A stretch of 64,000 nt of DNA. Origin: Podarcis erhardii. Taxonomy: Eukaryota. The translations under genes and the position numbers were made by a program. Shown piece by piece: positions 1-11,764 of the stretch (its first letter is position 1; every line of letters starts with the position of its first letter). The stretch lies in assembly GCA_964252035.1 (NCBI GenBank), contig OZ176207.1. The stretch is one strand, 5' to 3'. The notes beneath the pieces were generated by a model. The model was given only the letters and a program-made list of their open reading frames with translations. It was not told the DNA's origin and made no database searches.

Positions 1-1732
1 CAAACAAGGATGAACCCTTGACTTCCTGTGAAGGGTAGAGGATTTGAGGATTGTTATCATTCTGATCCACAATGAACACTTTCACTGTGGTGTTTCTGCT
101 GAGTGGTGGGGAGCCACCATCTTGTGCTTTCACTTGGAACTGAAACTCCCTGGTTTGCTCATAGTCAAAGGAGCGTTGGGCATAGATCATGCCATTTTCT
201 GAGTTAATGGAGATATAAGAGGACAGAGGCAGGTTCTCCATATTACTATTGAGCAGAGAATAAGTGATTTGCGAGTTGTACTCTAGATCTGCATCTGTAG
301 CCTTTACACGGAAAATGGAAGTTCCAGCTGGATTGTTCTCTGACAAGTAGGTGACATAGGAAGACTTTTCAAAAGCTGGGGGGTTATCATTGATATCTGA
401 AATCTGCAGGGAGATGGTTCTGTGGGTGGAAAGAGGTGGTGCACCTTTGTCTGTGGCTATAATTGTGATATTGTATTCTGGAGTGCTTTCTCTGTCCAAG
501 GGGGCATCTGTAACCAACTTATAGAAGTTATTGGATGTAGCAATTATTCTAAATTGCCAATGACTTTGTAAATGACAAGTAATGTTCCCATTGTCTCCAG
601 AATCTTTATCGTTTACATTGATAAGGGCTACCAGGGTTCCTATTGCAGAATCTTCAGGAATTGGGCTGGATAAAGAGGCAAGAATCACTTCTGGCGCATT
701 GTCATTCTCATCTAATAGCTTTATTTCAACACTGCAATGAGTCACTAATCCACCTCCGTCTCTTGCTTCTACTGTCATTGCATATTTCTCTGCTTCTTCG
801 TAGTCCAACAACTCCTTAACTGTAATTGTCCCATTCTGGGGATTTAGGAAGAATTTTTTGTGAGTGTTTTCAGGGATGTTGCTAAAACTATACGTGATAT
901 GACCATTTGAGCCTTCATCTCTGTCTGTGGCTTTCACTTGTATTACTGAAGATCCTTTTGGGGTATTCTCTTTAAGACAGACCTTGTACACTTCTTGTGT
1001 GAAGATTGGTGAATTATCATTTACATCAATGACACTGATCCATATTTTGGCTGTACCAGTTTTGGCAGGCTTCCCTCCATCCAGAGCCATAAGAATTAAA
1101 TGGAAACTGCTTTCACTTTCTCGATCCAACTGTTTATTCAGTACTAATTCTGCATATTTCTTCCCATCTTCTCTCTCTCTAGCTTCTACTATGAAATACT
1201 GATTGGGCATAAGGTGGTAATTCTGGAGAGAATTTATGCCAACATCTGGATCTTCAGCAAACCCAAGCACAAATCGGGCTCCTGGCAAAGTGAATTCACT
1301 TGTCTCCAGTTTGATATTCTCATTTACAAAATGTGGTGCATTATCATTGATATCCTGGATCTGTACAGTAACATGAAAAATATTCATAGGATTTTCAACC
1401 ATCACTTCAAAACTAATGAGGCAATATGCATTGCTCCCACATATTCCTTCTCTGTCTATCCTGTCATTTACATATAGATTCCCATTTTCTGCACTGAGAG
1501 AGAAATATTGCTTTTTACCTAGAGAAAGGATATGCAGATTGCGATTTGCTATTTCTCCAGCATTCAGCTCCAAATCTTTGGCAAGATTTCCTACAATGGA
1601 GCCTTTTTCCATTTCCTCAGCGATAGAATACTGAACGTGCTCTGAGTCAGTCTGGCACAACAAGGACAATAACAAGAGGAGTGGTACTTGCCTTTTTACC
1701 GACCCATTTTTCTCTTTGTGCCTGTTGTCCAT
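1..1732 (-). CDS. PCDHGB: V1: protocadherin gamma-B-like variable exon, 5' part (signal peptide, EC1-EC5, start of EC6); truncated by window edge
   Basis: Absent from the ORF track because it runs off the edge. My manual translation from ATG 1732 is open to base 1: [54 protein letters not shown]...DINDNAP...LDRE...QEVKGSSLF. Resembles the V3/V5/V7 subtype (HILSLGKKQYF). Paralog number not assignable. Confidence 0.92.
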   Translation of the reverse strand, partial: MDNRHKEKNGSVKRQVPLLLLLSLLCQTDSEHVQYSIAEEMEKGSIVGNLAKDLELNAGEIANRNLHILSLGKKQYFSLSAENGNLYVNDRIDREGICGSNAYCLISFEVMVENPMNIFHVTVQIQDINDNAPHFVNENIKLETSEFTLPGARFVLGFAEDPDVGINSLQNYHLMPNQYFIVEAREREDGKKYAELVLNKQLDRESESSFHLILMALDGGKPAKTGTAKIWISVIDVNDNSPIFTQEVYKVCLKENTPKGSSVIQVKATDRDEGSNGHITYSFSNIPENTHKKFFLNPQNGTITVKELLDYEEAEKYAMTVEARDGGGLVTHCSVEIKLLDENDNAPEVILASLSSPIPEDSAIGTLVALINVNDKDSGDNGNITCHLQSHWQFRIIATSNNFYKLVTDAPLDRESTPEYNITIIATDKGAPPLSTHRTISLQISDINDNPPAFEKSSYVTYLSENNPAGTSIFRVKATDADLEYNSQITYSLLNSNMENLPLSSYISINSENGMIYAQRSFDYEQTREFQFQVKAQDGGSPPLSRNTTVKVFIVDQNDNNPQILYPSQEVKGSSLF

Positions 1733-2003
1733 CTGATTTGGTGAGACAATTCCTTTATTCTTTTCTTGCATATTTTCATTAGATGGAGATTCTCAAATTC
1801 CCATCAAGACCCACAAATCCACAACAAGGAAGTATAAAAGCAGTCACTGTCCCTTTCTATATGTGGCAGTGGGTTTTATTTCCTTAGCAAAAGTGTTTTA
1901 ACGTCCCTGTGTTCTACTATCTCCCAGTTCTGCAGTCTGTGGCTGAACAATGGCACTGCAGGAAGCATCGCTTAGCAGATTCCATGCAGATGCAGCACAT
2001 TAG

Positions 2004-2041
2004 CCAACAGCGACACTCTGAGTCTGAGATGGAGAACTTCA
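2004..2041 (-). promoter_or_regulatory. CSE/CTCF site of V1 (CGCT box intact)
   Basis: Minus strand TGAAGTTCTCC...ACTCAGAGTGTCGCTGTTGG, 272 bp upstream of the ATG; same element found upstream of all 11 exons. Confidence 0.85.
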
Positions 2042-3086
2042 CGTGCTGCTTTCCCCCCTTCCTCTAGTGCTTAGATGTAGAATACAAGAGCAATCTATTT
2101 TCAAATGCAGTATGAGAAGGTTTCTTGATTTGTAACTACTTTCTGGTGTTCTGCTTTTACAGTAGCAGGAAATGGAAATGTATTTCAAGTGCTTTAGAGA
2201 TGCAACAACCTCCCCATCCCTCAAATTTTCCATCTTCCCTCTGTACTTCCACAGATAACTGATGGAAGAGATTGTTAGCACTCAACAACATTTTGTAGCC
2301 AATTAATGCAACTTCTATGTCCAGCTCTCCTCTGTAAAACAATACATTTAATAAAATTCAGCGATATTACTATTTTTAATCAAAAGGTGAGCAACTAACA
2401 GAGCAATCCTATGGAGGTTGGACAGGCGGCATGGATGGCAGAGATAATTGTAGCAGAGGAACCAAGTGATGAATAGGGCACAAGATATGAGGTAGCTTTT
2501 TTACTTTCCCCATTTTCTTTCTTGTAAAAAAAATATGGTTCCACAGGGAAGGAAAATAACTCCAGGGCTGGTGTAGTTTCCCACCTTTTCCATCCTTGAG
2601 TAGGTTTGGGAAACAAGGGAATCTAAAGCTTCCCTGGAGACCCCCTTCTTGCCTTTTCCACCCATAGAGCACTGCCTGCAACACAGCCATGGCAATGGAG
2701 CATTCTGTCACTGGTCAAGGAAGGACCTCTCCAGTGGAGCTTCCGCTCTGCTGTTAGATAACCTTCTCTGCTCAGAGGCGAAGGTCTGCAGAATCCCAAC
2801 AGAGGACTAAAAAAATCCTTGCTACTTACTCCAAACTCTTATCCAAACGCTTGCACAAACACTTGTGAAATTCTTCTAATTCATTTTACGCATGCCAGTT
2901 ACAGGGTACAAAATACAGAGAGAGGAATAAAACAGAGATCTTTAAAAAGAGTTAACTTTGTCATCATTTGTCACTAAAACGCTGGCCTGTGTTTAAGGTG
3001 AATACATAATGGCATGCATGAGTGCTAAATAACAGTTTGGCCAAAGTTTGAACTGTTTGTCAATGTATCCTCAAATACCGTTGTGA

Positions 3087-3241
3087 CATAGAATCATAGA
3101 ATTGTAGAGTTGGAAGGGACTCTGAGAATCATCTAGTCCAATCCTATGCAATGCAGGAATATGCAGCTGTCCCATACAGGAATAGAACCTACAGCCTTGG
3201 CATCATCAGCATCATACTCTAACCAACTGAGCTATCCAGGC
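3087..3241 (-). mobile_element. SINE with tRNA-Ile(AAU)-like head and CR1-derived tail
   Basis: Reverse complement GATAGCTCAGTTGGTTAGAGTATGATGCTGATGATGCCAAGGCTGTAGGTTCTATTCC (A and B boxes, tRNA-Ile-like), then ATTCCTGCATTGCA...GTCCCTTCCAACTCTACAATTCTATGATTCTATG. Confidence 0.8.
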
Positions 3242-4379
3242 TGACAATACTGCAATACTATTAACATTTATATTCTAGTTGCACAGCTCTAGGATCGTAG
3301 CTGAAATATTTATGCAACTTCATTTAAAATATGGAAAGCAGCAGAAAGAGCTCAGCACCAGATCATAACCATTGCCACCTGATTCATGAGGTTGAGTGTG
3401 CCATGAGAATTGTACTCTAGTTGGATTCACAGTCTGAGACCTCTACATATATAAAACATGTTTTTGTATGAGCTTTGGAGACCCACCTTGCCCGCCCATC
3501 TCATTCATCAGTCACTCTATCCTTGCAGGTTGCTCTTCTTGGCCCAGGCAAACTGACTGTCAGTAAGCATCCTGAGTGTCTGTGCTAGATGGTGTTTGCA
3601 GTGTTGAATGCTCTAGAAAAGACCCTCCTTTAACCACACCATGCATCTTGACACTTGACATGCCCATAGTGCTGTCTTGATACAGATGTGGTCCCCAGAT
3701 ACAAATATTGCTCCTGGCATCCATACCTGGAGCCCAGGGCCTGTAAAGATCCATGGGTGCCTCTATGTCCTACCTTCAGTTTGAACAAACAGAGAGCTGG
3801 ATCACTCCAGAAATGAACAGCTCACTACAATGTTGAAACTTACATATGTGTGATCACAGAAGTGTGAATATATATGATAAAATTATATGAATATACAAGA
3901 TGACGGATACAGAATTTTGTTATAATTCACATTTCAGGGCACTTATTTTCCAGGCTCTAGAAACTATGCATGGATACATATTCGTGGATTCAAAAGTTTG
4001 ATAGAGTAACATGGTAATTAAGCACATGTAAAAATGTGTTTATTACCATCATCTTTAATCATTCTATTCCCCACCCCTTGTGCACGTCAGACGACTTGCT
4101 CCTTGGAGGAAGAGATTTGTCTATTTTTTGCTTATTTATCTACTTGATTTATACACTACTCTTCAAGCCACAGGTTTACAATCAGGGCAAATAAAATAAA
4201 ATAAAATAAAATCAATATATAAAATCCATAGACTAGCACAAATTGTTAAATGGAAAACACAGCAACTCATAACAATTCAACTAAGTAGCAATTTCCTAAT
4301 AGCAACAGCAACAGCAACAGCAAACTAAACACTTTTTTTCCTAATCAAGTCTCTCTTTCTCCAAACATCACCTGAAAAA

Positions 4380-4700
4380 AGTTTGCCTTAACTAGCCACC
4401 TAAAATTATATTGATATGGGACTAGATGCACCTTAGAAGGGAGGGAGTTTCACATGTGAGGAGCCACCACTGACACTGCCCTCCCCTGGAACTTGCACCA
4501 TCCTGTTTAGAGACCACCAAGAGGGCCTCATCTGCTAAAGCATGGGTAGATTGATATGGAAGAAAGTGATTTCGCAGATACTGGGCACCTCTGTAGAGTA
4601 CCATGTACCCTGATGGTGTATCAACAACAATTCTATGCAGATCACATGCTTTGTCAAAGCACTCTCATCTATGCATTGGTCTCCAGGTGGCATCACATGA
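4380..4700 (-). mobile_element. Old L2-type LINE 3' fragment
   Basis: Resembles the better-preserved copy at 33130-33497 (gggagggagtttcac...ccaccactga...agggcc...cagatactgggc); boundaries approximate. Confidence 0.5.
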
Positions 4701-6184
4701 TAAAGGAAGCAGCAAGAGAGGAACTGCAATTTATTTCACCCTTCCTTTGTCTTTCCTAGTCTAATGCACCAAGGGAAGAACTTCTGAATGTCTTCTGAAT
4801 GCATGAGCTCTAAAGGCATCTGATTCTGAAACATATCCAACTAACCACAAAACTTAAGAATGTTTGCAAATTGTTCGCAAATAGTATAACACAAGACATC
4901 AGTTTCACCAATGAGTGCCGGAGGACATCTGCAAAAAGTCTCTAAGCATAAAAATATTGATAAGCAAAAGGTTTACAGCCTAAGGGAGTTTGGAGCATGC
5001 ATCTGAGAAAGCACGCATTGTAGCTTTCTTTGACTAGAAGGGAATATTAACATGTTGAATTGTATTGCAACCTGGACTGTTCCATTTTAACATCTATAGT
5101 TAGAACAATCGTTCAAAGGCCATTTTATGTGTCCTCTTCATAGTTTTAACATCATTAACAGCATGATCCAAATGAATGTTTACCTGGAGTTAACCCGAGG
5201 GACTTATTCCTGGGAGGGTATGTACAGAATTGGAGCCTTGGGGTGCTTCCAGATGGAGGTTTAATATTACAAATGGTTCACTGAGATATTGCAAGTGGGT
5301 CACTGTCAACATTTTTTTAAATGTATTTTTATTAAAGATTTTCTTGGTTTACACATTGTCAACATTTTTAAAAAACAATTGGATTGTCCGTGGCAACAGT
5401 TAAATGTGGCCTGGTGTGGGGACTGTTGGCTATACCCTCACCACTGTCTAGCCAGCAAGGTTATCAACAGCCTTATTACTGGGATTCTCAGCAGTCTACT
5501 GAGAAAAGCAGTTGGTAACCTTTATCATAGCGAGGAAGGAACACAAAACAGCAAAGTGGGAGAGAAGTAATATCAGGGCTGTGAGTGACACAACTTCAAA
5601 GTTCTGGAAAGCAGTGAGGATGGAGAGAGAGGAAGTAGAGGAGGCTTAATATGTAAATAGGCTGGAAGGGGGGGAAACAACACTATTTAAGCTTGTGGGT
5701 TTTAGAAAGGAGAAGAGTCATTGTCTTTCTACAGAAAGGAATAAAGAACTCTAAATCAGAGATTGAAACACGGAGTACAGAAGAAACCTGAAAATCACTG
5801 ATCACATCTTAAAGGGGGAAAATGCAACACATGAGTTTTTCTCTTATTAAAAAGAAGTTGCCAAACTACAGAATTTCATAACTAATTGAGACACATTGCA
5901 CTTTACTAACAAAAAAGGTGAAGGCTAGTGAAAAGTTGAAAGCCACAAAGTAAGTGGTAAGTTATCATGATATAAAAGAGACATAACACAGTGTTAGGTG
6001 TGCCTATTTTTCAGGAAAGTGTTCATAATTGTGACAGATGAGACTTGAGTCACAGATATGTCAGACTGAAATCTCAGTAAGTGACTGCAAAAAGGCCCAC
6101 TTAAGTCAGAGGGGCCCATTTATGCATAAATATGCACAATACAATAAAAATGTTTATGAGATGTGCAATGAAAATAATTTTTAC

Positions 6185-8605
6185 CTTGTCAATATTCTCC
6201 ATCTCAGGATGTAAATTGTTTCCTTCATTGCCTGTAAAAGGAACACTAGGTTTCTCACTGCTAACAATATTGTCTACCATCTGAACACTGGGTGTCAGGA
6301 AGGCAAACTCATTCTTCCTGGTCTCAGAAGACAGACACAGCTGGTAGGAATAGGGCAAAGTCCCATCTTCAAAGTTGGGTGGGAAGATGGCACCATTCTT
6401 GGAATGGGGAACAGGACCAAAGCACTGTAGGAACCTGGGATGCCCTGATTGACGGAGCTTCATTGTAACGGCCAGAATGACAGTCAAGAGGAACAAGAAG
6501 GAGATCACAGCTAAGGCCAGCACCAAGTAGAACTGCAGGTCAGACTGATACTCCGAGCTGCTGGGTTGCCTCTTCATTTCTGGAAGGGCCTCCTGAAAGT
6601 TCTCAGCAAACACCAGGTTCAGAGTCATGGTGGCTGAGAGAGACGGCTGCCCGTTATCCTTCACCATAATGACCAGTCTCTGTTTCACAGCGTCTCTCTC
6701 CACAAAGGCCCTGGCGGTCCTGATCTCTCCAGTATGAGAACCAACCGTGAAGAGTGCCGGCTCAGTGGCCTGAGTCAGGTGGTAGGAGAGCCAGGCGTTG
6801 TGTCCAGAATCTGCATCCACGGCCACCACCTTGGTGACAAGATAATCTGCCTCGGCCGAACGAGGCACCATCTCAAACAAGGCTGAGCCCTTGGCTTCTT
6901 GTGAGGGGGACAGGATACGAGGGCTGTTATCATTCCTGTCAAGAACAAACACCCTGACGCTCACATTGCTGCTGAGAGGGGGAGAACCCCCATCTTGGGC
7001 CTTCACTTGCAGATGGAACTCTCTGAATTGTTCATAGTCAAAGGATCTCTGGGCATAGATGGTGCCGGTCTCTGAATTAATGGAGATATAGGAGGAGATG
7101 GGAAGCTCCTCGATGTTGCTGTTGAGGATGGAGTATGTGATCCGTGAGTTCTGGTCCATATCGGGATCAGAGGCTTTGATGGTGAAAATGGAGGCACCTG
7201 AAGGATTGTTTTCTGGCACATAGATAGCATACAAAGATTTCTCAAAGGAAGGGGCATTATCATTTATATCAGATATCTGTAGTAAGATGACTTTATGGGT
7301 GTTCAGTGGGGGAGTTCCATTGTCAGTGGTTGTGATTGTAATATTATATGCAGGAGTTTTTTCTCTGTCCAAAGGGCTGTCTGTCAGCAGTTTGAAGTAA
7401 TTGTTAGATGAGGGAACAATCTTGAAGGGCTGATCGTTTTTCAAATAACAACTAACCCTTCCATTCTCACCAGTGTCTTTGTCTTTTACATTGATCAGAG
7501 CAATTAAGGTTCCAGACACAGAATCTTCTGGGACTGGACTAAATAAGGAAACCAGAGTTACCTCTGGGAAATTGTCATTCTCATCAATAATCTGTATTTC
7601 TACTTTACAGTGTGTTACTAATCCACCTCCATCTTTTGCCGCAACTGTCATAGTATATTCTCTGGTTTCCTCAAAGTCTAATGGGCTCGTAAGAGTGATT
7701 GTGCCATTACCAGAATGCAAGTTGAATTTCCCCTGAGCACTTTTTTGGATGTTGCTGAAATGGTAACTGATTTTTGCATTTGTACCTTCATCTTTATCAG
7801 AGGCTAAAATCTGGAGCACAAGGGAGCCAACAGGAGCATTTTCCTTCAGACTGACCTTGTAAACCTCTTGGGTGAAGATAGGTGGGTTGTCATTGGCATC
7901 TGTGACATTAATCCATATCTGGGCAGTTCCAGTCTTCCTAGGTTCACCACCATCCAAGGCTGTGAGGATCAAGTGAATGGTCTGTTCACTTTCCCGATCT
8001 AGTGGTTTCTGAAGCACCAAGTCTGCAAATTTATTTCCATCCTGACTCTCTTTAACATCAAGGCTGAAATATGGATTGGTGCTGAGATGGTAATTCTGAA
8101 GAGAATTTGTCCCAATGTCAGGATCTTCAGCTTCTCCGAGGAGAAATCGTGTGCCTGGTACAGTAAGTTCACTTGTCTCCAAGTTGATTTTTCCATTGAA
8201 AAACTGTGGTGCATTATCATTAATGTCCTGGATTGCTATTGTTATGTGGAAAATATTCAAGGGGCTTGCAATTACCATCTCAAAATTAATAAAGCAAAGG
8301 GGATTTTTGCCACATATTCCCTCCCGGTCTATCCTGTCATTTACATAGAGGTTTCCATTCTCTGCGTTCATAGTGAAATATTTCATTTCATCCACTGAGA
8401 CAGCATGCATGTTGCGTTTCCCTAGTTCTTTGGCATTCAGTCCCAAATCCTTGGCAATATTCCCCACAACTGAACCCTTAGCCATTTCCTCAGGAATTGA
8501 ATAATGAATCTGCTCTGAAGCAGCCCAGCAGGAGGGCAAGAATATTAAGAGAAGCTGTACTTGCCTTGTGAATGCCCTGCCATTCTTCTTGTGTCTTCTC
8601 TCCAT
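6185..8605 (-). CDS. PCDHGB: V2: protocadherin gamma-B-like variable exon (subtype X)
   Basis: ORF 6101-8605 has six cadherin repeats (PE, LDRE, DxNDN, DxD), a TM and the gamma-B-type tail [16 protein letters not shown]. Donor AAG|GTAAAA at 6185/6184 gives 2421 nt, phase 0; the remaining ORF is intron read-through. Confidence 0.95.
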
Positions 8606-8852
8606 TTGGCTCTGTGAAAAATCAGCTGTTTCCTTTTTTTAAGAACCAGATCAAATTTTCACCAGTATGCACTAAGTCTCCATAAAAAATAATAAACTGT
8701 CTTTCTCTTTAATTTGTAAAAATCATTTTTGTATTTTCTTTATGTCAGCAGCAATGCTTTCTCTCTGTTCCCTGATCTGCACAGCACTAAAGAAGTAAGC
8801 TCACTGTAGAAAGGATCAGTGGATTTTCATCACTGTATGGCTACTAGATTGG

Positions 8853-8890
8853 CCAACAGCGGCACTGTGAGGTTCAGCAGGAGAACTGCA
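8853..8890 (-). promoter_or_regulatory. CSE/CTCF site of V2 (CGCT intact)
   Basis: Minus strand TGCAGTTCTC...CCTCACAGTGCCGCTGTTGG, followed by CCAAT. Confidence 0.88.
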
Positions 8891-9425
8891 AGGGATGTTT
8901 TCAACCTTTCAATTTAAGAGACAATGCAACGTGGATGTAACGTAATTATAGTTTTATACAGTAGGGAAAACATGCAACTGGAAGTTTACACAGGAGCTAT
9001 TTCTATTGAATTTTGACTTGAGCTGAATATTTGGGAATCTTTGTTTTGGTTTTGGAATCAATAACACTTCAAACCTTTCCATTTGCCTGGGTAAATGGCT
9101 TGCAATGTAAAAAAGGATTCTTTTCTTGGAATCTTGGAAATAATATTATCAAAGTTACAATCCTGAGCGCCAGAATCTCAACAGTCTCAACATTGTCATC
9201 TCAGGTTATATATATATATATAATCTCTTGTTTCCACTTAAAAAAATCTTGGGAAGTTTACAATATTTCCATGATAATGTCAAAACATAAAAACAATTTC
9301 CCCCCAACCACAGATCTCTTGCAGAACTTTCCCACTCCTTCCTTAGGAGAAAGGCTTGTGGTCTCCCACTCTTTCTGAAGATCTTACAGGCATGATCGGT
9401 CCCTGCTGGGGCTATGTAGGATCAA

Positions 9426-9475
<50 letters not shown>
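9426..9475. repeat. (ATT)n microsatellite
   Basis: About 16 perfect units. Confidence 0.95.
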
Positions 9476-9478
<3 letters not shown>

Positions 9479-10235
9479 AGGCTCTCTGGCAGGGCAATTT
9501 TTATCTACTGCCAAGTTGGGAGTGGCAAGTTAACAATCTGGCTTTGTCTAGGTACTTAGGTCCTAACTAGGTGGTAGAACAGGCAGGATCAGGGCAGAGT
9601 GCAGAGAGTAGGCTGGTGAACACACTGAGAAATCAAGTTAGTGAAAAGACGTTTCCCCAAACCATTCACTGAAGGATCACTGATTAAAGGAGATTCAGGA
9701 CCGAGAGTATCTTGAGGCCTGCTTGCATGTGCGAGCCTGCTGACTGGCCTGGAGGTGGGTGACACTAGCAACAAAATGTTAATATATAAGGGCAATAAAA
9801 AGCCAAGAACACATATTATACTCTTGCTCTTCAGGTCAAAGGGAGGCAGCAGGAGATGGTAAAAGTCTCATCTAAGTGGAAGAGAACTCCTCACTGGAGG
9901 TTCAGAAGGTAAGACAACTAAGTAGGGACAGAAGACACAGATCAGTCGCTAACAATGTTGTGGCTTTAGTTTATCACATTTATGTGTCCTGCACCTTTAT
10001 TCTGGGATCCACAGTTCAAAGAGAGGAGCCACTGCAAAAAGTATAAGACTCAAACTAATTTCAGGAAGAAATGAAGCCATTGCTTAGAAAAGAGAATTAT
10101 TATACTGTTTTACCGCATTGAAGGTTTTTGGTTTCTTTCAGTTTCTGTAATCTATAGTCAAGATTTTATATGACAAACTTCCATGTATTCATCTATTTTG
10201 TTCACTTTCATTTTGTTCATTTGTAATGTGTGGAT

Positions 10236-10590
10236 GGATGCGGGTGGCGCTGTGGGTTAAACCACAGAGCCTAGGGCTTGCTGATCAGAAGGTCGGCGGT
10301 TCGAATCCCCGCGACGGGATGAGCTCCCGTTGTTCAGCCCCTGCTCCTGCCAACCTAGCAGTTTGAAAGCACATCAAAGTGCAAGTAGATAAATAGGTAC
10401 CACTCTGGTGGGAAGGTAAACGGCGTTTCTGTGCACTGCTCTGATTCACCAGAAGCGGCTTAGTCATGCTGGCCACATGACCCAGAAGCTGTACGCCGCC
10501 TCCCTCGGCTAATAAAGCGAGATGAGCGCCGCAACCCCAGAGTTGGCCACGACTGGACCTAACAGTCAGGGGTCCCTTTTCCTTTACCTT
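10236..10590 (+). mobile_element. Sauria-type SINE, full length
   Basis: GGATGCGGGTGGCGCTGTGGGTTAAACC...GGTTCGAATCCCC...GGGGTCCCTTT(T)CCTTTACCTT; 12-bp TSD TAATGTGTGGAT at 10224-10235 and 10591-10602. Confidence 0.92.
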
Positions 10591-11764
10591 TAATGTGTGG
10601 ATACTGCATATAGGATGTGGACGTTATTGTCTGATGTCAGGAGCTTTTAAGAACATTATAGACAGGTGAAACGGCAGTGGCTCTACTTTTGCTATACTGT
10701 ACTCGTTATCATCATCATCAACAACATTAACAGTATTATTGTTATCTTAATCAACTGATTCATATGATTTCACTGAGGGCTCTTTTTTGCATTTTTAGAC
10801 TTTTAAATTGCAAGCTGCTTTGAGGGTATAACCATAAATCATAAATAAAATAACCAGGCAGAGGCTTTTCAAAACAGCAAATAGTTTTGCACTATTGTGT
10901 TCTCTCTGGACATGGGATGTATATACCTTTGTGTTGGTAGCCCTACTTTACTTTTACATTTTTCTTAATTTAAATTATTCTTTCCTGTCCTTTCTAAATT
11001 GGTTTTGCCAATGGCTATCCAAATTAAGATACACTAGAATTCATATAGGGGCTGAAGTGTGAGCTGTGAGATTCCTAGTTCTTCAGTTACAAAATTACTA
11101 GGCAGCTTTAGAACTCTGACTTGCAGCCTCTGACAAAACTTGGGACCACACTTGACAGGCTTGCTCTTGCAGTTGAAAGGCAGATAAAAATGTTTAAAAC
11201 TAAATACATTTCAGACTACAGACTAAAATAATGTATGTGAACATGTTCTAAATACTTGAAGTACTCTCTGGAAATTACTGACACTATGGAAGAAATATAT
11301 CAGATGTTTTCTCTTTCATAACATCCAATTAGCGATTTCATTCTAAGGCCCCACATGTTCATAATTTTAAGATTACCAAAGCCCCTTTCATTTTATTTTG
11401 CCCCAAAGAACTACAGGAAAACACCTTGGCCTGATTTCTCCTGGAAAATGTCTCCTCCACTCAACATATTTTCATAAACACACGAAAACAGAAAACACAG
11501 AGATATTTTCCAGTAAAATGAAATATATATATATATAATCATTAAAAGAGCTAATTCCAACAGTTTATGAACCAATCAGACTTGAAAGAATACTCAATCA
11601 AGTTGAACCAATTAGTTGGTTAAAGGTAGGTTGAAAAACAATAAATTAAAATATATTAGTTGTATAAAAAAAGATTACGGAATCAGCAACAAAGATTCAT
11701 AAAAATTTCCATTCTCTAAGCAGCAAGAATGTATAACGTAGATACTGCTCAGATTAAAACTCAC

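Noticed and set aside
9356-9559. Poly-Leu ORF
   Set aside because: Translation of the (ATT)n microsatellite.
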